Positions 20,866-31,966 of a DNA stretch of 64,000 nucleotides are shown one piece after another. This DNA comes from an uncultured Clostridia bacterium (GTDB lineage: Bacteria; Bacillota; Clostridia; Christensenellales; UBA1242). The position numbers and the translations under genes were made by a program. How positions within the stretch are numbered: the stretch's first letter is position 1; each line of letters starts with the position of its first letter. The notes under the pieces are model-generated. The model was given only the letters and a program-made list of their open reading frames with translations, had not been told where the DNA came from and did not search any database. The stretch is taken from assembly GCA_944384395.1 (NCBI GenBank), contig CALWTD010000035.1, forward strand, positions 565-64,564, given 5' to 3'.

Positions 20866-22277
20866 TGAAAATTTTTACAAATTATGAAAGAATAGAAAAC
20901 GATTTATATGATGTTATGCATATGTTTTATCCTGACGAAAAATTGGATGAAGAAAAACCATTTTTAATTCATAAACTTGAAAGAAATAAAAATTTGATAA
21001 AAAATAGATATACGATTGAAGAAAAAGACAATAATTTTTCTTTTGAAGAAGAAAGAGAAATAAAATTTGCACAAGACTTATTGGAAGAAAAAAGACAGAT
21101 AAAGCGATTTATTAAATTATCTTTGTATAAGATGTTATCAAATCATTTCGCAAAAAATATGCCATGGGGTTCACTTACAGGAATAAGACCAACAAAAATA
21201 GGTTATGATCTTTTAAAACAAGGTGTTGAACCATATATGCTAAAAGAAGCACTTATGGAAAATTTTCTTGTTAGCGAAGACAAAGCAAAACTTGTTAGTA
21301 ATGTGATACAAAACCAAAAATGTATAATTAGAAACGATAAATTAGTTGATTTATATATAAATATACCTTTTTGTCCAACGCGATGTAGTTATTGTTCGTT
21401 TATTTCAAGTGAATATGACAAAGTAAAAAATTTAATGCCCGAATATTTAAATGCTTTAATTAAAGAAATAAATGAAACAAAAAAACTTATTTATGACAAT
21501 GCTTATGTTCTTAGAACTATATATATAGGTGGTGGAACTCCAACAGTTTTAACTAGTGAAGAACTTGATTTTCTTTTGAGTAATTTAAACTATCCTGTTA
21601 GCGAGTTTACTGTTGAATGTGGCAGACCAGACACAATAACAAAAGAAAAATTGGAAATATTAAAAAAACATAATGTGACAAGAATAAGTATAAATCCACA
21701 AACTTTTAGCGATGCAACTCTTAAAAAAATTGGCAGAAAGCATACTGTAAAAGATGTTATAGAAGCATATAAAATGGCTTTACCTTTTGATTTTATAATA
21801 AATATGGATTTGATTGCAGGATTGCCAAATGAAACATTAAGAAGTTTTAAAAAAAGCATTGACACTGCAATAGAACTCGCACCTGACAATATAACAATTC
21901 ATACTTTATCAGTTAAAAATGGCTCAATTTTTGCTAATAGTCAAGATAAGGAAACAAACACAACAACAGAAGACATGATAAAATATGCAAGCGAAACATT
22001 GCATAAAAATGGTTATAAACCATATTATTTATATCGTCAAAAAAACCAATCACAAGGTCAGGAAAATGTGGGATATTTTAAAGAAAAAGTATGTTTATTT
22101 AACGTTGATAGCATGGAAGAAAGTTTATCAATCTTAGCTTGTGGTGCAAACGCAATATCAAAACGAGTTTATAACATTGATAACAGAATTGAAAGATTTG
22201 CTAATGTAAAAGATATAAGAGAATACATTTCAAGAATTGACGAAATGATAAATAAAAAGAAAAATCTTTTTTCTTAA
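20865..22277 (+). CDS. hemZ: Radical SAM HemN/HemZ-family coproporphyrinogen dehydrogenase-like protein
   Basis: CPTRCSYCSF cluster motif, IGGGTPTVL, and an N-terminal extension of about 150 aa as in HemZ. The ATG overlaps the rel stop (TAATG). Confidence 0.7.
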   Translation: MKIFTNYERIENDLYDVMHMFYPDEKLDEEKPFLIHKLERNKNLIKNRYTIEEKDNNFSFEEEREIKFAQDLLEEKRQIKRFIKLSLYKMLSNHFAKNMPWGSLTGIRPTKIGYDLLKQGVEPYMLKEALMENFLVSEDKAKLVSNVIQNQKCIIRNDKLVDLYINIPFCPTRCSYCSFISSEYDKVKNLMPEYLNALIKEINETKKLIYDNAYVLRTIYIGGGTPTVLTSEELDFLLSNLNYPVSEFTVECGRPDTITKEKLEILKKHNVTRISINPQTFSDATLKKIGRKHTVKDVIEAYKMALPFDFIINMDLIAGLPNETLRSFKKSIDTAIELAPDNITIHTLSVKNGSIFANSQDKETNTTTEDMIKYASETLHKNGYKPYYLYRQKNQSQGQENVGYFKEKVCLFNVDSMEESLSILACGANAISKRVYNIDNRIERFANVKDIREYISRIDEMINKKKNLFS

Positions 22278-22283
22278 AAATAC

Positions 22284-22312
22284 TAGACAGTAAATAGACG
22301 GTGTGTTATACT
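22284..22312 (+). promoter_or_regulatory. Sigma-A-type promoter for rpsO, followed by an 80-nt G+C-richer leader (possible S15 autoregulatory leader)
   Basis: TAGACA, 17-nt spacer, TATACT with an upstream TG. The leader at 22313-22393 has CCGT...ACGG pairing potential. Its role as a leader is not established. Confidence 0.4.
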
Positions 22313-22393
22313 CTACTTGTCCGTTGGCACAGGTATTCGATTTTCCTCTAACGATATCCTTTGTTTACGGCGTAAATAAAATAGGAGGAAAAA

Positions 22394-22654
22394 ATGGAAA
22401 AAGCAAGAAAACAAGAAATTATCGCAAAGTTTGCTCAATCAAAAAATGATACAGGCTCAGTTCAAGTTCAAATTGCTCTTTTAACAGAAAGAATAAATGA
22501 ATTGACAGAACATTTAAAAGCAAACAAAAAAGATAATCATTCAAGAAGAGGCCTTTTGAAAATGGTTGGAAAAAGAAAAGGTTTCTTATCATATCTTGAA
22601 AGCAAAGATATTGAAGCATATCGTGCTCTCAAAAAAGAATTAAATATAAGATAA
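22394..22654 (+). CDS. rpsO: 30S ribosomal protein S15
   Basis: Typical S15 sequence ([32 protein letters not shown]) with AGGAGG RBS. Confidence 0.95.
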   Translation: MEKARKQEIIAKFAQSKNDTGSVQVQIALLTERINELTEHLKANKKDNHSRRGLLKMVGKRKGFLSYLESKDIEAYRALKKELNIR

Positions 22655-22657
22655 TTT

Positions 22658-22686
22658 AAGGGGCAAAAGTCCCCTTATTTTTTAAT
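22658..22686 (+). terminator. Rho-independent terminator or attenuator between rpsO and pnp
   Basis: Stem AAGGGG / CCCCTT followed by a T-rich run. Confidence 0.7.
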
Positions 22687-22700
22687 TAAAAGAGGTAATA

Positions 22701-24791
22701 ATGAGTAATATAGCAAAAATTTTTGAAACAGAAATTGGTGGCAAAAAGGTCGTTGTTGAAACAGGAAAGTATTGTGAACAATCAAATGGTTCATGTATTG
22801 TTAGATGTGGAGAAACTGTTGTAATGGTAAATGTTACAATGGCAAAAGAAGCAAGAGAAGGAATTGATTTCTTTCCTCTTGGCGTTGATTTTGAAGAAAA
22901 AATGTATTCTGTTGGAAAAATTCCTGGTGGATACAAAAAAAGAGAAGGACGACCAGCAGACAAAGCAATACTTGTGTCAAGACTAATAGATAGACCACTT
23001 AGACCACTTTTTCCAAAAGGATTTTATAACGATGTTTCAGTTGTCGCAACGGCACTTTCTGTTGACCCTGATGTTGTTATTGAACCACTTGCAATGCTTG
23101 GTTCATCAATTGCACTAACTATTTCTGATATTCCTTTTCAAGGTCCAACAGGTTCAGTTTTAGTGTCATGTGTAGATGGAAAGTTTATTGTAAATGCCAA
23201 CGAAAAAGAACGTGAACAAAGTTCTATGCACTTAACAGTTAGTGGAACAGGTGAAGCAATTTTAATGGTTGAAGCAGGAGCAAATGAAGTTAGTGAAGAA
23301 ATAATGCTGGATGCAATTATGTTTGCTCATGAAGAAATAAAAAAGCAAGTTGAATTCCAATTAAAAATGAAAGCAGAAATTGGAAAAGAAGTTGCTCCAT
23401 ATGTAAGTTATCTTCCACATGAAGATGTTGAAAGTGCAGTAAGAGAATTTGCTTATGATAAATTAGTAAAAGCACTCGACACTTTTGATAGAGAAACAAG
23501 ACAAAAAAATCAAGAAGAAGTTGACAAGTTTGTTAAAGAACATTTTGCAACAGAATTTGTTGACAAAGAAAGAGAAATTGGCGATGTTTTGTACAAACTC
23601 ACAAAAGAAATAGTAAGAAGTAAAATTTTAAATGATGGTGTTAGACCTGACGGAAGGAAACTAACAGAAATTAGACCAATTTGGTGTGAAGTAGGAGTAC
23701 TCCCACGAGTACATGGCACAGGTGTGTTTACAAGAGGACAAACACAAGTTTTAACAACTTGCACACTAGGACCAATTTCTGATGCTCAAAAAATGGAAAT
23801 ACTAGACGAAGATGAAGAAGTAAAAAGATATATTCATCACTACAACATGCCACCTTATGCAACAGGTGAAGCAAGACCCTTAAAATCTCCTGGCAGAAGA
23901 GAAATAGGGCATGGTGCCCTTGCTGAAAGAGCACTTGTTTCTGTAATCCCAAGCGAAGAAGAATTCCCATATGCTATAAGACTTGTAAGCGAAGTGCTTT
24001 CATCAAATGGTTCGTCTTCAATGGCAAGTACTTGTGGTTCAACTCTTGCTCTTATGGACGCAGGTGTTCCTATTAAATCTCCAGTTGCCGGAATTGCAAT
24101 GGGACTTATAAAAGACACTCAAAGCAGTAAAGTTGCAGTTTTAAGTGATATTCAAGGACTTGAAGACTTTTTAGGTGATATGGACTTTAAAGTTACAGGC
24201 ACAACAAAAGGTATAACTGCTATTCAAATGGATATTAAAATTAAAGGTATAGATAAAAACATATTGATAACTGCACTAGAACAAGCAAGACAAGGACGAC
24301 TTTATATTTTAGACAAAATGTTAGCTGTTATTGATAAACCAAGAGCACAATTATCAAAATATGCACCAAAAATAATAACATTCTCAATTAATCCAGAAAA
24401 AATTAAAGATGTTATTGGTTCTGGTGGTAAGGTTATTAACAAAATTATTGACGAAACCCATGTTAAAATTGATATTGATGACGATGGACAAGTATTTATT
24501 GCAACACCTGATGAAGAAATGGCACAAAGAGCAAAAGAAATAATTTTAGCAATTGCAGAAGACTTTGAAGTTGGAAAAATATATTCAGCAAAAGTTGTTA
24601 GAATAACAAATTTTGGGGCTTTTGTTGAAGTTGCACAAGGCAAAGAAGGAATGATACACATATCAAAACTTTCTTCAAAACGAGTTGAAAAAGTTGAAGA
24701 TGTTGTAAAAGTTGGAGATAATGTTCAAGTTGAAGTAATTAAAATAGACAACAAAGGAAGAGTAGACTTTAAACTTGTTGCAAAAGAATAA
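22701..24791 (+). CDS. pnp: Polyribonucleotide nucleotidyltransferase (PNPase)
   Basis: Two RNase PH domains, KH and S1 domains, and motifs such as RPDGR, GHGALAERAL and FVEV..GKEGMIHIS. Confidence 0.96.
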   Translation: MSNIAKIFETEIGGKKVVVETGKYCEQSNGSCIVRCGETVVMVNVTMAKEAREGIDFFPLGVDFEEKMYSVGKIPGGYKKREGRPADKAILVSRLIDRPLRPLFPKGFYNDVSVVATALSVDPDVVIEPLAMLGSSIALTISDIPFQGPTGSVLVSCVDGKFIVNANEKEREQSSMHLTVSGTGEAILMVEAGANEVSEEIMLDAIMFAHEEIKKQVEFQLKMKAEIGKEVAPYVSYLPHEDVESAVREFAYDKLVKALDTFDRETRQKNQEEVDKFVKEHFATEFVDKEREIGDVLYKLTKEIVRSKILNDGVRPDGRKLTEIRPIWCEVGVLPRVHGTGVFTRGQTQVLTTCTLGPISDAQKMEILDEDEEVKRYIHHYNMPPYATGEARPLKSPGRREIGHGALAERALVSVIPSEEEFPYAIRLVSEVLSSNGSSSMASTCGSTLALMDAGVPIKSPVAGIAMGLIKDTQSSKVAVLSDIQGLEDFLGDMDFKVTGTTKGITAIQMDIKIKGIDKNILITALEQARQGRLYILDKMLAVIDKPRAQLSKYAPKIITFSINPEKIKDVIGSGGKVINKIIDETHVKIDIDDDGQVFIATPDEEMAQRAKEIILAIAEDFEVGKIYSAKVVRITNFGAFVEVAQGKEGMIHISKLSSKRVEKVEDVVKVGDNVQVEVIKIDNKGRVDFKLVAKE

Positions 24792-24812
24792 AATTAATCA
24801 TATAAATTTAAT

Positions 24813-24842
24813 AAAAAGGAACAATTATTGTTCCTTTTTTTA
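24813..24842 (+). terminator. Rho-independent terminator
   Basis: Stem GGAACAA / TTGTTCC followed by a T-run. Confidence 0.8.
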
Positions 24843-24872
24843 ATTTATGTTTAACTGCGTGAAAATTTAGTA

Positions 24873-24901
24873 TTGCAAGTATACAATTTATATGTTAAAA
24901 T
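24873..24901 (+). promoter_or_regulatory. Sigma-A-type promoter for rnr
   Basis: TTGCAA, 17-nt spacer, TAAAAT with an extended TG. The ORF-track ATG at 24892 lies inside this promoter. Confidence 0.5.
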
Positions 24902-24924
24902 TTACTTGTAATAAAGGGGAATAT

Positions 24925-27060
24925 ATGCAACTAAAAGATAAAATTTTTGATATTATGGTGGAAGAAAATTTATTTGGTAAAAATTTTATTTCCGCCATAA
25001 ATAAAGTTTCAAAATTGTTAAATAAAAATTCTAAAATTATTGTTGATGAATTACAAAAATTAAAAGAAGAAGGTTCTTTAAAATTTAACAAGAAAAAATT
25101 TATAAATAATAGGCAATTATACAAAGGTGTGTATTATTCGTCAGGCTCAAATTTGGGATATGTTGAAATTGATGGATTTGACAAAAAATTTGTTGTTGAA
25201 AACAATAATATTGCGTTAAATGAAGATATTGTTGAAGTATATGTGAATGATAATGAAGTACTACCAAGAGCAACAGTTTTTAGAGTTGTTGAAAAAAATA
25301 AGAAAAATATACTAGGTAGAATTGTAGAAACAAGTAGTGGGGTTGTCGCATTTATTCCTGATAAAAAATCATTTGGTGAAATTATAGCAATTCAACAAGA
25401 TGAAGTTTCAAAAAATGCAATTGGGCATAAATGTATAATAAACATATTAAATTCTAATGATAATACAATATCAATTGGCAAAATTGAAAAAATATTAGGC
25501 TTGGCAGGTGACCCTATTACAGAAAATGTTTCTATTGCACATAAATATGGTTTTGAAAAAGAATTTTCACAAAAAGTAATGAATGAAGTTAAATATTTGC
25601 CAAAAAGTGTAAGTGAAGACGATTATAAAAATAGGTTGGATTTAAGAAATAAAAAATTTGTTACAATAGACCCTGAAACTTGCAAGGATATGGACGATGC
25701 TGTCTATATTGAAAAAACTAAAAATGGTTATAAAATTTACATTGCTATTGCTGATGTTGCACATTATGTAAAATTAAACAGCGAAATTGACAAAGAGGCT
25801 TTTAAGAGAGGAACAAGTGATTATTTGGGTGATGGAGTTTATCCAATGTTGCCTGAAGAATTATCTAATGGTATTTGTTCATTAAATGAAAAAGTTGATA
25901 GACTAGTTAGAGCAACAATAGTTGATATTGATAATAATGGCAAAGTTTTGGATTATAAATTGGCACCAGCAGTAATAAATTCAAGGCATAAACTAAGTTA
26001 CGATATTGCTGATGACATACACTTTAATAGAAATGGTGCAGATAAAACATATTCTGATGTTAAAAATCAAATTGATATAATGTTTAAGGCATCAGATATA
26101 TTGGTTAAAGTTCGTAAAGATAGAGGCGCTTTAGTTATTGAAAGTGAGGAGCCTACATTTAAACTTGATTTTACAAAAACACAAATTTTAGATTTAACCA
26201 ATCATCATGCTGAACTTGAATCAACAAAAATTATAGAATCTTTTATGATTTTAAATAATGAAGTTATTGGGAAATATTTTATTGACAACAATGTTTTTAC
26301 AATGTTTAGAATTCATGAAAAACCTTTACCTTCACAAATTGATGAATTAAATGAAATTTTAAAATTATTTAATTTAGGATATGTGGAAGCAAATTCATTA
26401 AGTTATCAAAAAATATCAGAAAAAATAAAGGGCGATAAGTATGAACAATATTTAACTGTTAAAATTTTAAAATCAATGCAAAAAGCAGTTTATAGTCCAC
26501 AGACCATTGGTCATTTTGGTTTGGCATCAAAAAATTATTTACATTTTACTTCACCAATTCGAAGATATGCAGACTTGATTGTTCACAGAATATTAAATTC
26601 GCTTGAAACCGATAAAAAATATATGCCAACTCTTGAAACTTTGGAATTTATGGGAAAACATATTAGTGAAAGAGAAAAAAATGCAAAAGATTCGGAAGTT
26701 GAAAGTAATAAATTTATGTATACAATGTGGGCAGAAAATCAGATAAATAAAGAATTAGAAGGTCAAATATTTGATTTTACTCAAAATGGAGTAATTATAA
26801 AATATAATTTAGTTGAAGTATTTATTCCGTATTCTAATTTTGACAAAATAACAACTGGTGGATACAAATTAAACAAAACAAATACAATTATATTAAATAA
26901 GTTAACAGGAAAAAAATATAAAATAGGTGATAATATTAAATTTAAAATTGTTTCTGTTAATAAAACAGATAGAACAATTTGTGCAACGACTGATATGTTA
27001 TATGAAAAAGATAAAAACAGTGAAAATATTAAAAATAAAAGAGAAGATTTAACTTTTTAA
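24925..27060 (+). CDS. rnr: Ribonuclease R
   Basis: RNB motifs DPETCKDMDDAV and HFGLA..YLHFTSPIRRYADLIVHR, plus a C-terminal S1-like region. GGGGA RBS before the ATG at 24925. Confidence 0.9.
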   Translation: MQLKDKIFDIMVEENLFGKNFISAINKVSKLLNKNSKIIVDELQKLKEEGSLKFNKKKFINNRQLYKGVYYSSGSNLGYVEIDGFDKKFVVENNNIALNEDIVEVYVNDNEVLPRATVFRVVEKNKKNILGRIVETSSGVVAFIPDKKSFGEIIAIQQDEVSKNAIGHKCIINILNSNDNTISIGKIEKILGLAGDPITENVSIAHKYGFEKEFSQKVMNEVKYLPKSVSEDDYKNRLDLRNKKFVTIDPETCKDMDDAVYIEKTKNGYKIYIAIADVAHYVKLNSEIDKEAFKRGTSDYLGDGVYPMLPEELSNGICSLNEKVDRLVRATIVDIDNNGKVLDYKLAPAVINSRHKLSYDIADDIHFNRNGADKTYSDVKNQIDIMFKASDILVKVRKDRGALVIESEEPTFKLDFTKTQILDLTNHHAELESTKIIESFMILNNEVIGKYFIDNNVFTMFRIHEKPLPSQIDELNEILKLFNLGYVEANSLSYQKISEKIKGDKYEQYLTVKILKSMQKAVYSPQTIGHFGLASKNYLHFTSPIRRYADLIVHRILNSLETDKKYMPTLETLEFMGKHISEREKNAKDSEVESNKFMYTMWAENQINKELEGQIFDFTQNGVIIKYNLVEVFIPYSNFDKITTGGYKLNKTNTIILNKLTGKKYKIGDNIKFKIVSVNKTDRTICATTDMLYEKDKNSENIKNKREDLTF

Positions 27061-27084
27061 AAATTTAATTAAAAATATTTTATT

Positions 27085-27110
27085 AAAAGGACAATTTTAT
27101 TGTCCTTTTA
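27085..27110 (+). terminator. Probable rho-independent terminator
   Basis: Stem AAAGGACAAT / ATTGTCCTTT followed by a short T-run. Confidence 0.6.
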
Positions 27111-27153
27111 AATTTGAAATAATATATTAAAATTATAGAGCATATTATATTGT

Positions 27154-27867
27154 ATGAAAAAAATATCAGAAAAAGTTTTTAGAAATTATATTGTTAATGG
27201 TTTTATTTTTTTAATGTTTGTGTGTTTATTTTCACTGTCATTTTTTGGTCAAACATCTCAAGTTTTTAGTTCTAATACATATTCTCCATATTACAAAGGT
27301 AATACAAACTCAAATAATGTTTCCTTAATGTTTAATGTGTATATGGGAACTGAGTATATAGATGGAATTTTAGAAATACTTGAAAAAACAAACTCAAAGG
27401 CAACTTTCTTTGTTGGTGGAAGTTGGGCTGTAAAAAACAGTGAAATGTTGGAAAAAATATATAGTAAGGGTCATGAAATTGGCAATCACGGTTATTGGCA
27501 CAAAGACCACAAACAATTAAGTATAGAAAAAAATATGAGTGAAATGAGTTTAACTCATAAAGTTGTTAAAGAACTTATAGACTATGATATGACTCTTTTT
27601 GCTCCACCAAGTGGCTCATTTGGTAATAATACTTTAAAAGTGGCACAAGAGATGGGTTATAAAACAATCATGTGGACAAAAGATACTATTGATTGGCGAG
27701 ATAAAGATGAAAACTTAATTTATAATAGGGCTGTAAAAAACCCATGTGGTGGCGATTTAATTCTTATGCATCCAACACAGTGTACGTTAAATGCACTTAA
27801 TGATATTGTTTCATTTTATACACAAAGTGGCTATAAATTGACAACAGTTTCCGAAAATATTGCATAA
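27154..27867 (+). CDS. Polysaccharide deacetylase family protein (YlxY/PdaB-like, sporulation-associated by synteny)
   Basis: N-terminal TM and NodB motifs (FFVGGSW, GHEIGNHGYWH, MWTKDTIDW, LMHP). Its position after pnp matches ylxY in Bacillus. Confidence 0.75.
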   Translation: MKKISEKVFRNYIVNGFIFLMFVCLFSLSFFGQTSQVFSSNTYSPYYKGNTNSNNVSLMFNVYMGTEYIDGILEILEKTNSKATFFVGGSWAVKNSEMLEKIYSKGHEIGNHGYWHKDHKQLSIEKNMSEMSLTHKVVKELIDYDMTLFAPPSGSFGNNTLKVAQEMGYKTIMWTKDTIDWRDKDENLIYNRAVKNPCGGDLILMHPTQCTLNALNDIVSFYTQSGYKLTTVSENIA

Positions 27868-27950
27868 TAGGACTTGGAAAAAATCTTTAATAGTGTTATA
27901 CTTATTTTGCATTATCATTGTGCAAAATTATTATTAAAGAGGAAATTATT

Positions 27951-30647
27951 GTGGCGATTTATAATTTATCAAACGAGCCCCAAAAACCGGAAAAAGTGAA
28001 AAAGGATAAAAACAAAACAATAGGAATTATTCTTATTGCTGTTTCTTCTTTTGCTTTTTTAGTGTTGCTTACAAGTTTTATGCAATTTTTAAAGTCGTTT
28101 TTGCTTGGTGTGTTTGGTTTATTTTCGTATCCACTTTTTATAACAACTTTTGTTATAGGAATGGCTTTTATAAACAATAAAAAATATGTAATGACAACAA
28201 AGTATGTTGTATATTTGCTTTGTTCAATTTTTTCGTTACTTTGCATTTTGCACATGTTATTTATAAATGCAAATGGCACTTTTTTTGAATATTTAGGCAG
28301 ATGTTACACACAAAAAATGACAGCAGGGGGAATTATTTGTGGAATACTTACTGCTCCTTTTATATTTATCCTTAATAAAGCAGGTGCTTATATAATTTTC
28401 AGCATTTTTTTAATCGTTTTTGGTGCACTGCTTGCTGATTATATATATTACTTAAATAAATCAGAAAAAATTAAAAAGCCTGTAAGTATCATAAATCAGT
28501 TGCCCAAAATTGAACAACCTAAATCAATTTCAAGTTTAGAAAAAAAACCACAAGAACAAGTTAATGTTGTTTTGGATGCAAAACTTAAAAATGAGCCAGT
28601 CGACGACTCGGCAAAAAGAAAACTTGGTTTAATAAAAACCAATAGAGAAGAAACTATAAATGCTGAAAAACATGAAAAACAAAAAGAAATTCCATCGTTT
28701 GATGACAAAAAATCTCTTAAAGAGTTCTTGCTCACTCCCGACACAAAGGTTGATTTAAGCAAATATAATTCCAAATCAATTCCAAAATTCACTGCAACAA
28801 TGCAAAGTAATATACAAGCAGTTAAAAATTCAGGAATAAACAATGATGATAATGAAATGCCAAACAAAATTGTTCATGATTATTCAACTTCATTTAATAA
28901 TTTTAATACAATAAACGAAGAACAAGATAAAAAAACGTTTTTTGCTCCTGCTGTTGATGAAACACCAAAAGAAAGTGAAAAAACAAAGGAAACTGATTTT
29001 GCAGATGATGTTTTAGCTTCGCTAATTAGTGATGCAAAATTAAACACAAACACCGAACCAATTAAACCTGAAAATAATAGGCGAGGTTTTAGAAATTTAA
29101 ATCTTGATGATAGTTTTGTTAAACCAAAGGTAGAACAACAAAAAATTGAAATTTCTTCACTTAAACCTAAAAAACAAATAAGATATTGTTTGCCTTCACT
29201 TGATTTACTCACAACAAAATCAATGGATTTAAGTGAACTTAATGAAGATGTTATGTTAAAAAGACAACAGCTTGAAAACGCACTTGATACATTTGGAATT
29301 CCAGCAAAAGTTATTGAAGTTGTTGTTGGTCCAGCAGTTACGAGATATGAACTAGAAATGCCAGCAGGAATTTCTGTTAAAAAACTTTTAGCACATGCCG
29401 ATGATATTGCCTTAAATCTTGCAGCTAATGGTGATATTAGAATAGAAGCACCAATTCCAGGTAAAAGTGCAGTTGGTATTGAAGTCCCAAATGAAAAAAT
29501 AGCAACAATAGGTTTAAGAGATATGATTGCATCTACTGAATTTCAAAACGCAAAAGCACCACTCACTTTTGTTTTAGGAAAAGATATTGCTGGAACTGTA
29601 AGATTGTGTAATTTGGCAAAAATGCCACACTTACTTGTTGCCGGTTCAACAGGAAGTGGAAAATCGGTTTGCTTAAATGCTGTTATATTAAGTTTAATAT
29701 ATAAAACATCACCTGATGATGTTAGACTTATTTTAATTGATCCAAAACAAGTAGAATTTTCAATATATAATGGTCTTCCACACTTATTAATTCCAAATGT
29801 TATTACTGATAGTGATAAGGCTTTAAATGCTCTTTCTTGGGCAGTTAATGAAATGGAAAGAAGATATACATTATTCAAAAATACAAGAACAAAAGACATT
29901 GTTGAATATATTAATTGTGCAGATGTTGTTGAAGGGCGAAGTCAAAAAATACCTTATATTGTAATTATAATAGACGAAGTTGCCGACTTACTCATGACCG
30001 CAAAAAAGGATGTTGAAGAAAAAATTGCACGACTTGCCCAAAAAGCAAGAGCAGCAGGCATACATTTGATTTTGGCAACACAAAGACCTTCTGTTGATGT
30101 AATTACTGGAACAATGAAAAACAACTTTACATCAAGAATAACATTTAAACTAATGAGTTTTGCAGATAGTAAAACAATTTTGGATCAAGGTGGAGCAGAA
30201 AAATTATTAGGAAAAGGTGATATGCTCTATAAACCTAGTGATGCTAGTGAACCACGAAGAATACAAGGTTGCTTTGTAACTTCTACCGAAGTTAATAATG
30301 TGGTTGAATATGTCAAAGAAAAAAATAGGGATTATGATTATGACGATAAAATCGAAACTCAAATTTTAAATCCTCCAAAACAAGACGCCATGAGCGCACT
30401 TAATGGCGAAAGCAATAATGAAATAGGTTATGATCCACTTATGCCACAAGCACTTAAATGTGTTATAGAAAATGGGCAAGCATCAATAAGTATGTTGCAA
30501 AGAAGATTGGTAATTGGTTATCCAAGGGCGGCAAGAATAATTGACCAGATGGAAAATAACAATTTTATATCGGCTCAAGATGGTAGTAAACCACGAAGTG
30601 TTTTAATAACTATGGAACAATATGAAGAAATGTTTGGTGAAGAATAA
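27951..30647 (+). CDS. ftsK: DNA translocase FtsK/SpoIIIE
   Basis: N-terminal TM helices, a long low-complexity linker, a motor domain with VAGSTGSGKSV and IIDEVADL, and a C-terminal gamma wHTH. A GTG at 27951 lies 8 nt after AAAGAGG; the ORF track begins at TTG 27918. Confidence 0.92.
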   Translation: MAIYNLSNEPQKPEKVKKDKNKTIGIILIAVSSFAFLVLLTSFMQFLKSFLLGVFGLFSYPLFITTFVIGMAFINNKKYVMTTKYVVYLLCSIFSLLCILHMLFINANGTFFEYLGRCYTQKMTAGGIICGILTAPFIFILNKAGAYIIFSIFLIVFGALLADYIYYLNKSEKIKKPVSIINQLPKIEQPKSISSLEKKPQEQVNVVLDAKLKNEPVDDSAKRKLGLIKTNREETINAEKHEKQKEIPSFDDKKSLKEFLLTPDTKVDLSKYNSKSIPKFTATMQSNIQAVKNSGINNDDNEMPNKIVHDYSTSFNNFNTINEEQDKKTFFAPAVDETPKESEKTKETDFADDVLASLISDAKLNTNTEPIKPENNRRGFRNLNLDDSFVKPKVEQQKIEISSLKPKKQIRYCLPSLDLLTTKSMDLSELNEDVMLKRQQLENALDTFGIPAKVIEVVVGPAVTRYELEMPAGISVKKLLAHADDIALNLAANGDIRIEAPIPGKSAVGIEVPNEKIATIGLRDMIASTEFQNAKAPLTFVLGKDIAGTVRLCNLAKMPHLLVAGSTGSGKSVCLNAVILSLIYKTSPDDVRLILIDPKQVEFSIYNGLPHLLIPNVITDSDKALNALSWAVNEMERRYTLFKNTRTKDIVEYINCADVVEGRSQKIPYIVIIIDEVADLLMTAKKDVEEKIARLAQKARAAGIHLILATQRPSVDVITGTMKNNFTSRITFKLMSFADSKTILDQGGAEKLLGKGDMLYKPSDASEPRRIQGCFVTSTEVNNVVEYVKEKNRDYDYDDKIETQILNPPKQDAMSALNGESNNEIGYDPLMPQALKCVIENGQASISMLQRRLVIGYPRAARIIDQMENNNFISAQDGSKPRSVLITMEQYEEMFGEE

Positions 30648-31966
30648 TGACACAAAAAGAACTATTAGATAAAAGCATAAGTGCAATAAGTCTGGGTTGT
30701 GATAAAAACAGAGTAGACCTTGAACATATGCTTGGCAAACTTAAAGATTATGGATTTAAAATAATTAGTGATATAAATGACGCACAAATTATTATAGTAA
30801 ACACATGTGCGTTCATTTTGCCTGCAATAAAAGAAGCAATAGAAAATATTTTGCTTGCGATAAAACAAAAACAAAATAAATGCGAAAAAGTTATTGTGAG
30901 TGGTTGTTTAAATGAAAGATATTTAAATGAAATAAAAAACGAATTTAAAGAAGTAGATTGTTTTTTAAGACTAAAAGATAATGATAATATAGTAAAAATA
31001 ATACAATCATTATATGGCATTGAATGTGATGAAAAATTTAGAAGTGATGAAAGATTGCTTACAACTTTTAGTCATTACGCTTATTTAAAAATTGCTGATG
31101 GTTGCAACAATGGTTGTGCATATTGTACTATTCCACGAATAAGGGGAAGATATAGGTCAGTTGAGATTGATGAATTATATAAAGAAGCAAAGCAACTTGC
31201 AAAACAAGGTGTTAAAGAACTAATAGTTGTTGCACAAGATATAACAAGATATGGCGAAGATTTATATAACAAAAATTGTTTAATTGAACTACTTGAAAAG
31301 CTGTCAAAAATAAAAGAAATAGAATGGATAAGACTCCACTATTTGTATCCAGAAAAAATAACAGACGAACTTTTAAAATACATAAATGAAAATGAAAAAA
31401 TTTGTAAATATTTAGACATTCCACTTCAACACATAGACAATGACATATTATATGAAATGAATAGAAAGTGTGATGAAAAAACAACAAGGGAACTTATTGA
31501 AAAAATAAAAAAAGATTATCCAAATTTTACAATAAGGTCAACATTTATTATAGGTTTTCCGGGTGAAACAAAAAAACAGTTTAATAAACTTTTAGATTTT
31601 ATTAAAACGGCAAAACTACAAAATGTGGGATTTTTTCCTTTTTATAAAGAAGAAAAAACAAAAGCTTATTATATGAAAAAGCAAATTCCTAATTTCATAA
31701 AGAAAAAACGCCTTAAAATTATTGAAAAAGCGCAACAAGAAATTGCTGATAAACTAAATTTTAACAGAATAAATCAAGTTGTTAGAGTTTTAATTGATGA
31801 ATTTGATGATAACACAGGTTGTTTTGTTGGCAGAGATGAATATAACTCTCCAAATGTTGACTTTTTTATTGAAATAAACGATAATAACAATGTTGAGTGT
31901 GGTAAGTTTTACAATGTAAAAATTACCGACTATAAAAATAGAATTTTTAAAGGAGAAATTGTATGA
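30647..31966 (+). CDS. rimO: Ribosomal protein S12 methylthiotransferase RimO
   Basis: MTTase N-domain, radical SAM CNNGCAYC motif and a C-terminal TRAM domain, in the ftsK-rimO-pgsA-cinA-recA order. Confidence 0.85.
   Translation: MTQKELLDKSISAISLGCDKNRVDLEHMLGKLKDYGFKIISDINDAQIIIVNTCAFILPAIKEAIENILLAIKQKQNKCEKVIVSGCLNERYLNEIKNEFKEVDCFLRLKDNDNIVKIIQSLYGIECDEKFRSDERLLTTFSHYAYLKIADGCNNGCAYCTIPRIRGRYRSVEIDELYKEAKQLAKQGVKELIVVAQDITRYGEDLYNKNCLIELLEKLSKIKEIEWIRLHYLYPEKITDELLKYINENEKICKYLDIPLQHIDNDILYEMNRKCDEKTTRELIEKIKKDYPNFTIRSTFIIGFPGETKKQFNKLLDFIKTAKLQNVGFFPFYKEEKTKAYYMKKQIPNFIKKKRLKIIEKAQQEIADKLNFNRINQVVRVLIDEFDDNTGCFVGRDEYNSPNVDFFIEINDNNNVECGKFYNVKITDYKNRIFKGEIV

Noticed and set aside
22682-24661. 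Series of minus-strand ORFs of 60-119 aa inside pnp. Similar sets occur inside ftsK (28496-29899), pheS/pheT (53895-56414), rimO (30665-31487) and elsewhere.
   Set aside because: All lie antisense within strongly conserved full-length genes. Their composition is Leu/Ser/Phe/Ile-rich, as expected from reverse frames of AT-rich coding DNA, and there are no start signals.
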